64,000 bases of DNA from Eledone cirrhosa (lineage: Eukaryota): positions 30,318,001 through 30,382,000 of the forward strand of contig OZ024751.1 in the NCBI GenBank assembly GCA_964016885.1, in the 5' to 3' direction. Both the position numbers and the translations under genes were made by a program. The notes under the pieces are model-generated. The model saw only the letters and a list, made by a program, of their open reading frames with translations, was not told the DNA's origin and did not search any database. Within the stretch, counting starts at the first letter, position 1. Every line of letters begins with the position of its first letter. Below are positions 50,039 to 64,000 of this stretch, in pieces.

Positions 50039-50121
50039 TGTATATATGTAATTAGTTAGAACGGTGACATATGCAGGCACTTAAGTTTCGATGGGTTATA
50101 CACCCCAATTCATTCAGACTG

Positions 50122-50172
<51 letters not shown>

Positions 50173-50650
50173 GATATATAATATATGTACGTGTGTAGTG
50201 TGTGTGCCTTATCTCGCTGTATTCCGCTGATCCCTATACAACACAACTACTGGTCTCCAAGGCACTCAATACATTTGGACACTTGAAGCTGTCAGTATAC
50301 AAAATAAATCTTTGAAATATTAATAGCAAAATGGCGCAGAATAAATTGGAATCTTTTCTTTGGGGCGATATATCTGGCAGTTTCTTGGAACAGGTGGCTG
50401 AAATCTACCTAATGATGTTTATCTGTGTTAGATTAAACGGGAGTACAGGGAGCATATATGGTCGTGGGCTGACTTAAATGTTTCAGTTTTGAATATGCCA
50501 GGGGTTAAACACAAGACACCAAGACACGTATTACTTTCTTGTTTCTCTCTTTCATTCTCTTTTTCCCTTTCTTCCATTTCTTCTTCTTTGTATTTCCTTT
50601 TGCCTCCATAAGATACACACACACATATATATATATATATGTTTGTGTAT

Positions 50651-50770
<120 letters not shown>

Positions 50771-50879
50771 TGATGTAGCTATATACTTATTTATTTATTT
50801 GTGCATACATACTGCTTTAGAAATAAGAAATCTTTCTGACACTTTCACACTCAACTATACGTAACTATATGAACACACA

Positions 50880-51855
50880 TACATGGTGGCTGCCAACTCG
50901 TTTTCGAGTACGGCCACTACTTTATATCCATGTAGGAGAACCCCTACCGATGCGCTGAACGAGTGTGACTTTTTAGTCCAGCCAGCGACTTGAAAACTCT
51001 GGTACAAAGACTACACTTGTGACCATTATTGACACATAGTGCTGGGCCCATGGTACCATGTGACGACAAATGCAGGGAGATCTCCAGATACAAAGTAATG
51101 CCTGTGCCGTGAAGCTTTTATAGTGAGCAAAGGCACTGCACAAAGCCAGTGCCACTCTCTTAACCAAGATGATATTTACCAAAAAGAAGAACAAGTCAAC
51201 ATCATTGGATACCATCAGGGTTGCAGGTGTTATATCAGAGTTTTCCTTCTCCTAGAATTCTGCCTTGACAAAGGCTAAGGGGTCATCTCTCCCGGTGATT
51301 TTGGATGGCGATTATACATGCATACATACATACATACATACATACATACATACATACATACATACATACATACATACATACAAACATACATACATACATG
51401 CATACATACATACAAGCATATATACATACGTACATACATACATGGTGGCTGCCAACTCGTTTTCGAGTACGGCCACTACTTTATATCCATGTAGGAGAAC
51501 CCCTACTGATGCGCTGAACGAGTGTGACTTTTTAGTCCAGCCAGCGACTTGAAAGCTCTGGTACAAACACTACACTTGTGACAATTATTGACACATAGTG
51601 CTGGGCCCATGGTACCATCTGACGACAAATGCAGAGAGATCTCCAGATATAAAGCAATGCCTGTGCCGTGAAGCTTTTATAGTGAGCAAAGGCACTGCAC
51701 AAAGCCAGTCCCACTCTCTTAACCAAGATGATATTTACCAAAAAGAAGAACAAGTCAACATCATTGGATACCATCAGGGTTGCAGGTGTTATATCAGAGT
51801 TTTCCTTCTCCTAGAATTCTGCCTTGACAAAGGCTAAGGGGTCATCTCTCCCGGA
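50880..51855. repeat. Tandem duplication of a 415-bp sequence (period 559 bp) separated by (TACA)n
   Basis: 50880-51294 and 51439-51854 are near-identical; paired 80-aa ORFs at 50973 and 51532 in the track reflect this. Confidence 0.92.
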
Positions 51856-52948
51856 CATACATACATACATACATACATACATACATACATACATACATAC
51901 ATACATACATACATACATACATACATACATCTATGCGTACATACGTACATACGTACTTACATATTCAATAGCACCGTCTTCTATTCTATTCTATATGTAT
52001 TAATTCATAGTTACTAGAATATACATACACACGTGTTTGTGCATGTAAGTATTAATGTGTGTATGGGTCTATAAGTGTGTGTATGTATGCGTATATGTAA
52101 GTATGAGTGTGTGTATATAAGTGTGTGTATCTATGCAAACATGTATGATGTGTGTATAAGTATGCATATGTGTGTAAGTGTATGTATATGACTAAATGTA
52201 ACTTTTAGTGTACTCATTAAATACGAGTATATTCATCCATTCATACATTCGTCTATTTATTACTAGAGTAAACTTGTATCCCCGCAATAATGGACGTCTA
52301 CTGTATTGTCATCAACGTAATTATGCCATTCAACAGGAGTAATATAGTTCAAAACATCTTGCTCTAATGAAAGATAGCATTTGATAGTTTACTACACACC
52401 TACCACTAATACGAAAAGATTTATTGAAACTTAGTTGCTCTTTTGCTTTGTAAAATTTCAAAATAATCCTCCGTAGATTGTTTGCGTCGTTATTCGAACC
52501 TGCTTATCCAGCCATGAGATAACCTCTCTGATCATTTAACGCCTCCAAGCCACCTTCATAAGATAAGTATGGCAAGCAAACGGCATTTATCTTATTAGCT
52601 TTGAAGCTTGGCTTCTTCTTGCCTTACTGTAATCTGTGAGAAAAGGGGAAAAAAGTTGATTTGTGTAAAACAATACAGTATAATTTTCATTCTTAGACAA
52701 ATGACACTATTCAATGTTTTTGGCATTGAGATAGGGGTGTAGTAGTGTAGAGGTCCAGTGGAGTAGGGGTGCAATGGTGTGGTCCAGTAGTGTGGTGGTG
52801 TAGAGGTTTGGTGGTTGGATTGTAAGATATATAGTTCTGGCACTTATTTTATACCACCCACCCATATCAGTGATTCGCAAGGCGGAATTATTCCAGCTGA
52901 GTTTCATCGCAGATCTTTATATAAATGCACACACACACACACACACAC

Positions 52949-53074
<126 letters not shown>

Positions 53075-53174
53075 AACTCTGCACTACCAGCGTTAAGGTT
53101 AGTGTTGAGGCTAGGGCTAGTATCGGTACTCGACTTCCACATTTTGTGAGGATTGCTCCTTCTCATATTTACAA

Positions 53175-53225
<51 letters not shown>

Positions 53226-53775
53226 TATATATATATATATATATCCATGTATGGACGAGGAAATGATTACGCAATACCGAACAAGAGTTTAAACATTCAT
53301 TTATTATGGGTATGTGTAACACGGCTCACTACTTAGCACTCATAATAAATGAATATATATTGTATATATATATATATGTGTGTGGGGGGGGGGTATGTGT
53401 GTGTGTGTGAGTACATACATACATACATACATACATACATACATACATACATACACATGTTGTTGAAGTCATTTCTATAATAATATAAATATGTCTAAAT
53501 TCTACCAAGGTATTGAGTACCTTTTTAAAACTATTGTATTCTCCCGAAAACCACCGGGAATCCAGCCTTAATTATACAGGCGGAGTTCCTCGGCTTTTTA
53601 GACGAAACGAACAAGTTGAAGACAAAGAGCATGTCGCAGAACGCGATATATTTTTGGATTTGTAGTTGTTCATTTGCATATACATTTCATAAATATATTT
53701 CTTTTTGATTTGTAATTCTATTTATTCTTTTAGCATCTGCATATATATATATGTCTGTATATATATATATATATA

Positions 53776-53882
<107 letters not shown>

Positions 53883-54138
53883 GTATGTATGTATATATAT
53901 ATTTATATATATATATTAGAAAGTGAGGTTTTTTGTACAGAATGAAAAATAACCGAGGTGTCCTACACGAGTGAAAGTATAAAGAAAAAGAGATGAAATC
54001 GAAAATGCAACTGGAGTCTTATTTAAAAAAATATATATATTTATTTGGTTCCTTTACCGGTTTCGCAGTTCTTCTGTTTTTCAAAAGTAGAGTTGAGATG
54101 GCGGGTCTGTGGGTTTTCTCACATGTATATATATATAC

Positions 54139-54198
<60 letters not shown>

Positions 54199-54840
54199 TA
54201 GATTCGTAATTCCATTTTTCTCCTTAATAATAAATTTCTACTGAACCAACATAATTGTATATATATTCTCATTCTCAGGCAGTGAAACAGTACATTGCAT
54301 TACAATAATAATAATAATGCTTTCATTACTAAATACACACATTGCTTTCATTATTTTCAATAGAATTACCCTCCAAATATGAGTCCAATCAATTATCTTC
54401 CTGTCGCTTCTTATTTAAACCACAATGACAAACTACTGCAGCTGTAAATCGCTTAACCTTAATCACTTCCTAATTTAACAAAAATATAACAGCAAATAAA
54501 TAAACTATAGTAATAAAAAAAATTGAAAAATAATTTTCTTTTTAAATTTACCATTATTTCTCATCATATTCTGAATCTCATGTTCAAAAGCATTTTTTTT
54601 TTTTCAAATGCATAAAATTAAGTTACAGGGGTTTTTCTTTTTAAATGGCTGCTAAATGATTAAGTACATTTTTTTCTTGTGTATTGCATAAATATAAATG
54701 TATTTACTATTTGGTTTTGACGATCGCAATATAATGAATTAAAAAATATTTTTTGCTCACCGTACCACTATTTTCGTTATTGTGGAATTTCACCTATATG
54801 TACTGTATGTAATGTTTGTATGCATAACTGAATATTTATG

Positions 54841-54881
<41 letters not shown>

Positions 54882-54909
54882 CATACATATATATACGCAG
54901 TAACTGGCT

Positions 54910-54969
<60 letters not shown>

Positions 54970-55062
54970 ATATATATGGACAGTTATTTTCTTTGTAAAT
55001 CTCTAGGCCACAGCAGTGAGCTTTTGGTGTTTATTCAATGTATCTGTGTGGGTGTAACCCCC

Positions 55063-55100
<38 letters not shown>

Positions 55101-55442
55101 TACTACCTGTTTCTTTCCCTCAACAATTTTTTTCGGGGAAAGAAAAACAATGTTAAAGTGTGCATATTAGAGGAATTGATATTGATAGGTGGGAAGAAAA
55201 ATATGTTTGAAATCAGAATTGATATTTTAGATGATAATTTACGAAAGTAATATGAGCGTTAGTAAGGTTATCAAATGGTTGGATCAGTATGACCATGGTG
55301 TATCTGTTGAGGTGGAGAGAGAGGGAGAGACAGATAGTAAGAAAGAGAGAGTGGGTAATAGATAGTAGGATTCAGAAAGAGACAGAAAGAGGGGCATATA
55401 TATCCGTTTATAGAAATACCTAGTTCTATACATAATCATATA

Positions 55443-55501
<59 letters not shown>

Positions 55502-56090
55502 GTATATACCGGTTTATGACCACACACACATACCTAGATATACATAGAGACACACACGCATACACAGAGGCATACCCACACATACATACACTGTCACTCA
55601 CAGAGGCAAACACACACACTGTAACTCACACAGAGGCACACACACTGTCATTCACACAGAGGCACATACACACACTGTCACACTCACATACAGTCACACA
55701 GAAGCACAAATACACACACACATACTCGCACACATGTTCATGCATGTCCATTTATGGATATTTGTTTTTATGGTATGATGGATGATTTCATGTCACACAG
55801 TAAGAGACGCCATTTCTTTCCTATTTTGGAATTGTGTAATTAAGTCTAACACTTGTCTGTGACATCAACCACATGACGATGAATATAGGACCCTATTGAG
55901 TTGAGTCTAGAGCAGAAAACCTTCCACCATATATGACACAGATTTATTATAGTTATATATACTTATATATAAGTATATAGTTATATATACAACACACCTA
56001 GATATAAATACAAACATATTTTTTTCAGAATCTAGCGCTCACACAATCATATAAACACGCGAAAAATGTTTATATATATACTGTATATAT

Positions 56091-56580
<490 letters not shown>

Positions 56581-57981
56581 TGTGTTTGCTTGAGTGATTA
56601 TATATATGACTCTGCATATAAATAACATATATATATATATATTTATTTATGTATGAGTACAGCGGCATATAAGCATATTTATCTAAATACACAAACTCAA
56701 CTCATTTACCGCCATAAACAGTTTTAGATGTAATGTAATGGCCGATATTTTTATACATGAGGTGAGCACCACCGAGTTAGAGGAAAACTCCCAGCGGGTT
56801 ACTATAGCAACCTGGTTTCAATTCTGTTGAAATGTATGTAAGTCACAGTTTGTGCCATTTCTCTTTGCTAATACCGCCTCTATGGTTCGCCGAAAGAAAG
56901 TGATTATTCGGTAAAAATACGGGGCCGGCCGAACACATATTTCTGTTTTGTTTTCTTTTCTTTTCAGTTTATATTGTATGATTTATTTCAGATGTTTATT
57001 TTTCTAATATTAGACAATGTAATCGTTACAAGTTCTAACTTAATCCTTTACTGAGTTCGTTTGGGGGTTTAAGCGGACTTGTCACTAAATAGAGGCACGG
57101 AAGGGCCCTGTCCCATCGCCCCTACTACTTTTCAATAGCGCACCCTCAGATTTAGAAAGAGAAAAATTACTGTGATATACTTATTCCGAAAGTCCATCTT
57201 AGATGTATTCCATCAGGAATGGTCTGAAGTCTCTCCCAACTGAGCACCAAAGCCTGGCGACACACCTGATATAAGCAGGTGTGTTACATACACTCCACTA
57301 ATACACCTTTACTTAGTATAGTACATGTATAAAGACTTTTTAACGAATATGGATATAAATGAATGAATGTTGTTGTTCTGAAGAGGTTTGGTTAAAGTTG
57401 GGTTGATGTTGATTTTGGGGTAGGTTGAGTTATCCCAAAATAACGTGGATAACACGTGGAAGTGTCTTTGGATATCACGTAGGTAACACGTGGAACAGCC
57501 CTTTGATAGCACATGGAAGAGTCTTGGATAGCATATGGAAGAGTCCTTGACAAAGTTCTATCTACGTTGCCCTTTCATAGGCGAGGGCGATTTCATACTG
57601 TTTGGTCAATTAGCGAGATTTTAGTCCGACAAATTTAGTTATTTAGACGGATTGGTGTTCCACAGGTGGCATTGACCACTTGCTTTCCATCTCCAGGAAC
57701 TTATTTACTCAACTTAGACTATTTTTCATAGTAAAAAGCTTTATTGTGGCCGTTAACTCTTCTTTAAGTTGACTTAATTTGCAAAATATTCATAATTTAT
57801 ATTATACACATACATACGCACGTACACACACACACACACACGCACATATATAAATATAAATATACACATATATACATGTATGTGTGTATGCTTATAAAGA
57901 AATAAATATATATATATATTTGTGTGTGTGTATACATATTAGGGTGTGGTATATATTCCAGAAAAATCCACTCCGTACCCC

Positions 57982-58036
<55 letters not shown>

Positions 58037-59109
58037 GTAATTTCCTTAAAGATGATTTCGTTTTTTGTTTCATGTAGTTTATTTGGGACTTCATAACATC
58101 TAAATTATGATTGATGTTTTTTCGTTCCATTTTTCGTCTGTCAGGAACAGTTCATAAGTCATAAATCTTAGTAACCAAACTTCACAAACGGTTTTCTGTG
58201 ACAAACAACACTTAATGTTGAGCATTTCTATATTTAAACTTATACTTCTTAACTGTGACATATTAAGCTAAATATATCAACCATTCAGACCATATCTCAA
58301 TCTTTGTCTCTTTTATATATATACATATATATTGGGGGGGGGGGGGGGCATTGTTCTTTCCTATTAAAAACAGACCGTTATTATATTTGTACTTATAACG
58401 GTGGTGGTAGATTGACAGAATCAGTCGACAACATGCTTCATTCTTTACGTTCTGAGTTCAAATCCCACCGAGGTTAACTTTACTTTTCATCTTTACAGGG
58501 GTCGATAAGATAAAGTACCACTAACGCACTGCGGTCGATTTAATCGACTTTCCCCTTCCCTTCAAATTGATAACCTTGTGCCTAAATCAGAAACCATTAT
58601 TGAGGGCGGTGGATTGACAGTAGAATCGGTAGAGTGTCGGATAACATGCTTTACGATATAGTTACGGCCCTTTACGTTCTGAGTTGAAATCCCGCCGAGG
58701 TTAGCATTGCTTTTCGGTCTTACGGGGTCGATAAAATAAAGTCCCAATAACACGCTGGGGTCAATTTAATCGAATTTCCCCTTCCCCAAAAAATTGTTGG
58801 CCTTGTACCTAAATCAGAAACCATTATATTTGTCCTAATAAGAAAGAAAATGAAAATATTGTAATTTCGAGGATCGATGAATTGGCTCTTCTCGTGATAA
58901 ATCGGTGTGTATATTGATAGAAAAATTAACTACAGTTTAACACCGTCAAAATGTAGCAAATGATCTATAAAAATGATCAATAAACACCATGATTTAGTCT
59001 GAAAGTAATTGGGTAATGATTACCTTAAACCATCTCTGTAAACATTACAACCCTCAGACATTCCCTTAAGCGGGATAGTTATATTGCACAAACTCAATAA
59101 TGTTATCGT

Positions 59110-59700
59110 CAAAAATACGTATAGCAATCTGGAATGTGGCAGACACAAATACCAAATTTATCTCGAAACTCCTGATAGGTTTGAGGCAGTAAATACTGGA
59201 GACAACATATATTAGAAAGGATTTGTTTCTGACAACATGAATTTGTAGAAATTTGAAGAACTTCGCATAAGGAATATCAAATTTAATAGATTCACATCTG
59301 TAAAGACAACTTTCATGTCATTAGAACAAGATAAAGAGTGAACACTTCAAAAGACCAACAACTCAACGATATAACCAACTCTGACTTGATATTCCTGACC
59401 TAAATACTAACTCCAACACTACATGAAATGTTATCACTTGTAATATTAAAAATTCCCTCGCTCTTAACACAAGCCATACTGTATATTATTAAATGTTTAT
59501 AAGAGGCTAAGGGCCACAGTTTTATAGGGAGAAGAGAAGTGACTTTCGTACATTTAATCGACAGTTTTAACAATGGAAATGAAGTAAAAAAAAAAATAGA
59601 TACAATTAGAAATCTAGAATTGTACACGAAGAACTTAACCCTGCTTCTCTTTCGCACAGTATAAAAAAATCTGTGGAAAATATAATGTTCAAGGTATCTA
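59110..59700 (+). pseudogene. Possible highly decayed LINE endonuclease fragment
   Basis: aaaatacgtatagcaatctggaatgtg = KIRIAIWNV resembles the APE N-terminal motif; multiple stops follow. Weak. Confidence 0.25.
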
Positions 59701-61823
59701 TTAACAGAAGTATAGACTAAACAGAATGAGATTTATATAAGTTTTACCCATGACCACAGTACAGTTTATCCATTAACTTAACTTAACCAGCTGCAATCTC
59801 TCTGCTGCATCACGTGTCACTATTTTCACCGATAACCTCATAGACACCAGTCTTATGATATAATAACCGCTAGAAAACATTGAAATATCTCTAAAACACC
59901 AGGTAAGATCTATTTTCGATAACCTGAATTTTTCTCTTTCTTCTCGGTAGAAGATGGCTGCCACCATAAGAGAAAGCGACACTGTCTATGAGAGAGAAGT
60001 TTAGAACCAAGACTACTGCGTCCAATAAATATGTTATACTGGTTGTTATATTCTAAGTTGTGGCGTGCGGCCTAGTAGTAAGGGTGTTGGATATAATAAC
60101 CGCTAGAAAACGTTGAATTATCTCTAAAACACCAGGTAAGATCTATTTTCGATAACCTGAATTTGTAAATATTAACTTTCAAAAGAAATATCAAAAGAAT
60201 CGTGTCAATAAAAATTAGCTGGTCCAACTTACGTATATGATAGTATATAACACATAACTGACAGGACGTATGAAACATCTTAATTTGAAGTGTTTCTATT
60301 AAAAGGTTTAAAGGTTTAAGCAGCTGTAAACTAGTAATTAATGTTAGAGACATAGTATTGTCCCTAATTAAATTATTTCTTATTGCTTCTTATTAAATCA
60401 TTTCTATGAATGACATTTACCGTAATAAACTAATTAAGATATATCATTTTGAAGAGTCGGATTACAAAGCTTGTCACAATATAAAAGAAAGGATTTCAGC
60501 TATCAGATAACAAACCATTAAAAGTTTTGAAAATATTTACATTCTCCAATAATGTTAAGTCTCTTTCTTCTCCTCGGAAGAAGATGGCTGCCGTCATAAG
60601 AGAAAGCGACACTGTCTATAAAAGAGAAGTTTAGAACCAAGACTACTGCGTTCAATAAACATTTTATACTGATTGTTATATTCTAAGTTGAGGCGTGTGG
60701 CCCAGTAGTAATGGTGTTGGACTTACGATTATAATCTCGTGGGTTCCATTCCTGGATCGGGTTGTGTGTTGTGTTCTTGAGAAAAAAAGAACATTTTGTT
60801 TCATGTTGCTCCAGTATATTCAGCTAAAAATGAGTACCAGCAGTAGCTGTAGCCTTATCCCTGCGATGGACTGGTGTCCTCTCCAGGAGGGAGTCGTGTA
60901 CACTCAGTTGCTTAACGCCACCAAAACTAGAATAAATTTACAAACAATTATAGTCAAATCCTGCTGTTTATTGCAACATATGATCCAAAGTTTAACTTAA
61001 CGAAGCTGGTTACCATGTGTCAGATACAGCAGATGTGAAATTTAACCAATACTGGTTTCTGCTTTAGACACAATGCCGGCGATTTCAGGGAAGCGGAAAG
61101 TCGATTATATCGATCCGCAATACATTACTGCTATTTTATTTCATCGGTTTCTTTTTGTCGAACCGCTAATTTACAGGGCGTAAGCACATACACACACACA
61201 CACAGACACACATATGTAAAGTATAACCTGACGAAGTTTCATATGAATGTTTTTTATTGATTATCGACCTGTTATATATGTTTCACAGATGATTGGCTCA
61301 AGATCCATATTTTTGCTTCTTCCTCCTAAGCGTGATACTAACAAGATTTAGTGTTTTTTGCCTTGCCATTTCTTGAACTATATATATATATATATATAGA
61401 TTCCTCCCCACTTGGAAACAACGGTATATTTCCATATGAAAGTGGGATAGCGAATTCCTTATATTTATTTTCCCAAATATATTTCCAGACGCAACGTCTT
61501 CCTCCATCACACACACATTAAAAACAAAAAGAAATACGAAAATTCCCATAATTTTTGCCTCAAACAAAAATTTAAAAAATCAGTTTCTTTGCCCTGTCTC
61601 TCCAACCCTCATTCACCTTCACACCCGACCCAAACATATGACACCCCCACCGCTTCCTTCTACACCACCAACATTGTAATTTGATCTATTGTACAATTTG
61701 TTGAAACGACGATTTTCTATTTATTTATTTATTTAGATATTTATTTAATTAGATATATATATGTGTGTGCGTGTGTCTACGTGTATATATATATATATGT
61801 ATGTATATGTATATATATATATT

Positions 61824-61855
<32 letters not shown>

Positions 61856-61947
61856 TATGTATGTATATATATATATGTATATATATATATATGTATTTAT
61901 ATATATATGTATAAATATGTATGTGTGTATATATGTGTTTATATATA

Positions 61948-62006
<59 letters not shown>

Positions 62007-62559
62007 TTATATTTATATATACATTTATATTTATATATGTATATAGACATTTATATTATATATATATATGTGTATATATACATTTATATATATATATATA
62101 TGTATATATACATTTATATATATATATATATATAATTTCTAATTTTTTTTTTCAATTCTTTTTCAGCGGCGGCCATGTTGTATTTGATAAAAATCATCAA
62201 ATTCTCAACTTTCAAACATTAAAGATAATCAACAAGAAATGTTCTAACAAGACATCAGCTTGATCTAGCCACCTAGGGCGTAGTAAGTCTTTCGTCGTTG
62301 TTTAGATTTTAAGCTTTAATTTACATTTGTTTTCGTTGTTTTTATTGGGGGGGGGGGGCTTATTATTATTAACATTATTGTTATTATTGTTATTTTTGTT
62401 GTTGTTTTTGTTGTTGCTGTTTTTATTATTATTTTTTTCCTGTAAAACCCCACTGTCCCAGTCTTTTGTATTGTCCCCTATATGTCGGCCCTTGTGGCCA
62501 ATCAATGAAATTATTATTATTATTATTATTAGTCCCCTACATGTCGGCCCTTGTGGTTA

Positions 62560-62569
62560 ATAAATGAAA

Positions 62570-62604
<35 letters not shown>

Positions 62605-62881
62605 ATTATTATTGTTGTTATTGTCATTATCGTTGTTGCTGTTGTTGTTATTGTTGTTATCATTATAGTATTTGTTGTTGAAATCATTATTATTATTATT
62701 ATTATTATTATTGTTGTTATTGTCATTATCGTTGTTGCTGTTGTTGTTATTGTTGTTATCATTATAGTATTTGTTGTTGAAATCATTATTATTATTATTA
62801 TTATTATTATTGTTGTTATTGTCATTATCGTTGTTGCTGTTGTTGTTATTGTTGTTATCATTATAGTATTTGTTGTTGAAA

Positions 62882-62928
<47 letters not shown>

Positions 62929-63030
62929 GTTATTGTCATTATCGTTATTGCTGTTGTTATTGTTGTTATTGTTGTTATTGTTGTTATTGTTATTGTTGTT
63001 GTTATCATTATAGTGTTTGTTGTTGTTATG
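62560..63030. repeat. Higher-order (ATT)n/(GTT)n repeat, about 100-bp unit x4
   Basis: gaaatc(att)n..gttattgtcattatcgttgttgctg..atcattatagtatttgttgtt recurs four times. Confidence 0.85.
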
Positions 63031-63262
63031 GTGCGTTTCTGTTGTTGTTATCGGACTGTTTAAAGTCTTCTGCGTAACTATTAAAGAACAATTGCTTTAT
63101 CTGGTAATTTGATAGGGGTTTTTTGGTAACGGGGAGGGGGCGGATGGGGGTCTCTCTCTATATTCTCACGGGTTTTGGGGAACAATAGAAGCCAATAAGT
63201 TTCTAGCTATTTTAGATATGTTGTCAAAAAAAAACGATCAGCACAATATACATACATGCATG

Positions 63263-63385
<123 letters not shown>

Positions 63386-63512
63386 GTATATATATATATA
63401 TATAAGCAAAGGGATATTTAATTTGTTGGTAATTCAGCAAATATATACAATATTTATAACAGATACAAAGCACTCGACAGCTTTTCTGGAGTATAATATC
63501 AATGATAATAAT

Positions 63513-63615
63513 TGTTTCTACTTTAGGCACAAGGCCAGCATTACCCAGTGCATTACTGGTACTTTATTTTATCGACCCCGTAAGGATGAAAGGCAAAGTC
63601 AACCTCGGCGGGATT
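63513..63615 (-). mobile_element. Young 5'-truncated SINE with 15-bp TSD
   Basis: TSD atcaatgataataat at 63498-63512 and 63616-63630. Confidence 0.85.
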
Positions 63616-63914
63616 ATCAATGATAATAATAAATGGAAACTATATTAATAAAACCATATTTATTTAGTCTATTATCTATAGTTTTCATCATATAAAATAC
63701 AGAGCTTGTTTTATAAATATTGACATATCCAGGAATGAGACCTTAACGGTTAAAGTTTTACCTTTAAGGTGTCATTCCTGGATATGTCAATATTTATAAA
63801 ACAAGCTCTGTATTTTATCTGATGAGAGCGTACCAAAGTTTTGGTACCTTTGAAAAATATATATAATAGAATAAATATGGTTTTAGAAATATAGTTTCCA
63901 TTTATTAATATCAT

Positions 63915-63920
<6 letters not shown>
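63616..63920. repeat. Inverted-repeat element (about 130-160-bp arms) containing a hammerhead in its right arm
   Basis: ataaaatacagagcttgttttataaatattgacatatccaggaatga is mirrored by tcattcctggatatgtcaatatttataaaacaagctctgtattttat; same family as 40730-40930 and 41600-41745. Confidence 0.85.
63811..63873 (+). ncRNA. Type-I hammerhead ribozyme motif, (AT)-helix-III family
   Basis: TATTTTAT-CTGATGA-GAG c GTACCAAA gt TTTGGTAC c TTT-GAA-AAATATATAT-A^ATAGAATA; helix III slightly imperfect. Confidence 0.65.
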
Positions 63921-63984
<64 letters not shown>

Positions 63985-64000
63985 TTGATATATATATATA

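Overview
AT-rich, microsatellite-saturated animal genomic DNA; the SINE and microsatellite repertoire suggests an octopus-like mollusc (inference only). Two spliced host genes lie head-to-head at the left. The 5' five exons of a YTHDC2-type R3H/DEAH RNA helicase (minus strand, ATG 6147) run off the window start, and a complete six-exon USE1 SNARE gene (plus, 8592-19386, 244 aa) follows. From about 20 kb onward I found no host gene. That region holds an apparently full-length Tx1-clade (L1-group) LINE with uninterrupted ORFs (about 24214-29918) embedded in a (TCTA)n array, many tRNA-derived SINEs (some young, with 15-19 bp TSDs), minisatellites, and many (TA)n-associated fold-back palindromes. 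A non-autonomous Helitron with a nested hAT MITE sits in a YTHDC2 intron. The most unusual signal is a dispersed set of minimal type-I hammerhead ribozyme motifs, as carried by Penelope-like elements. One family has an (AT)4 palindrome as helix III and covarying helix II, and several palindromes are built from hammerhead halves. Nearly all short ORFs in the supplied track are microsatellite artefacts. All coordinates were read by eye; repeat boundaries are approximate.
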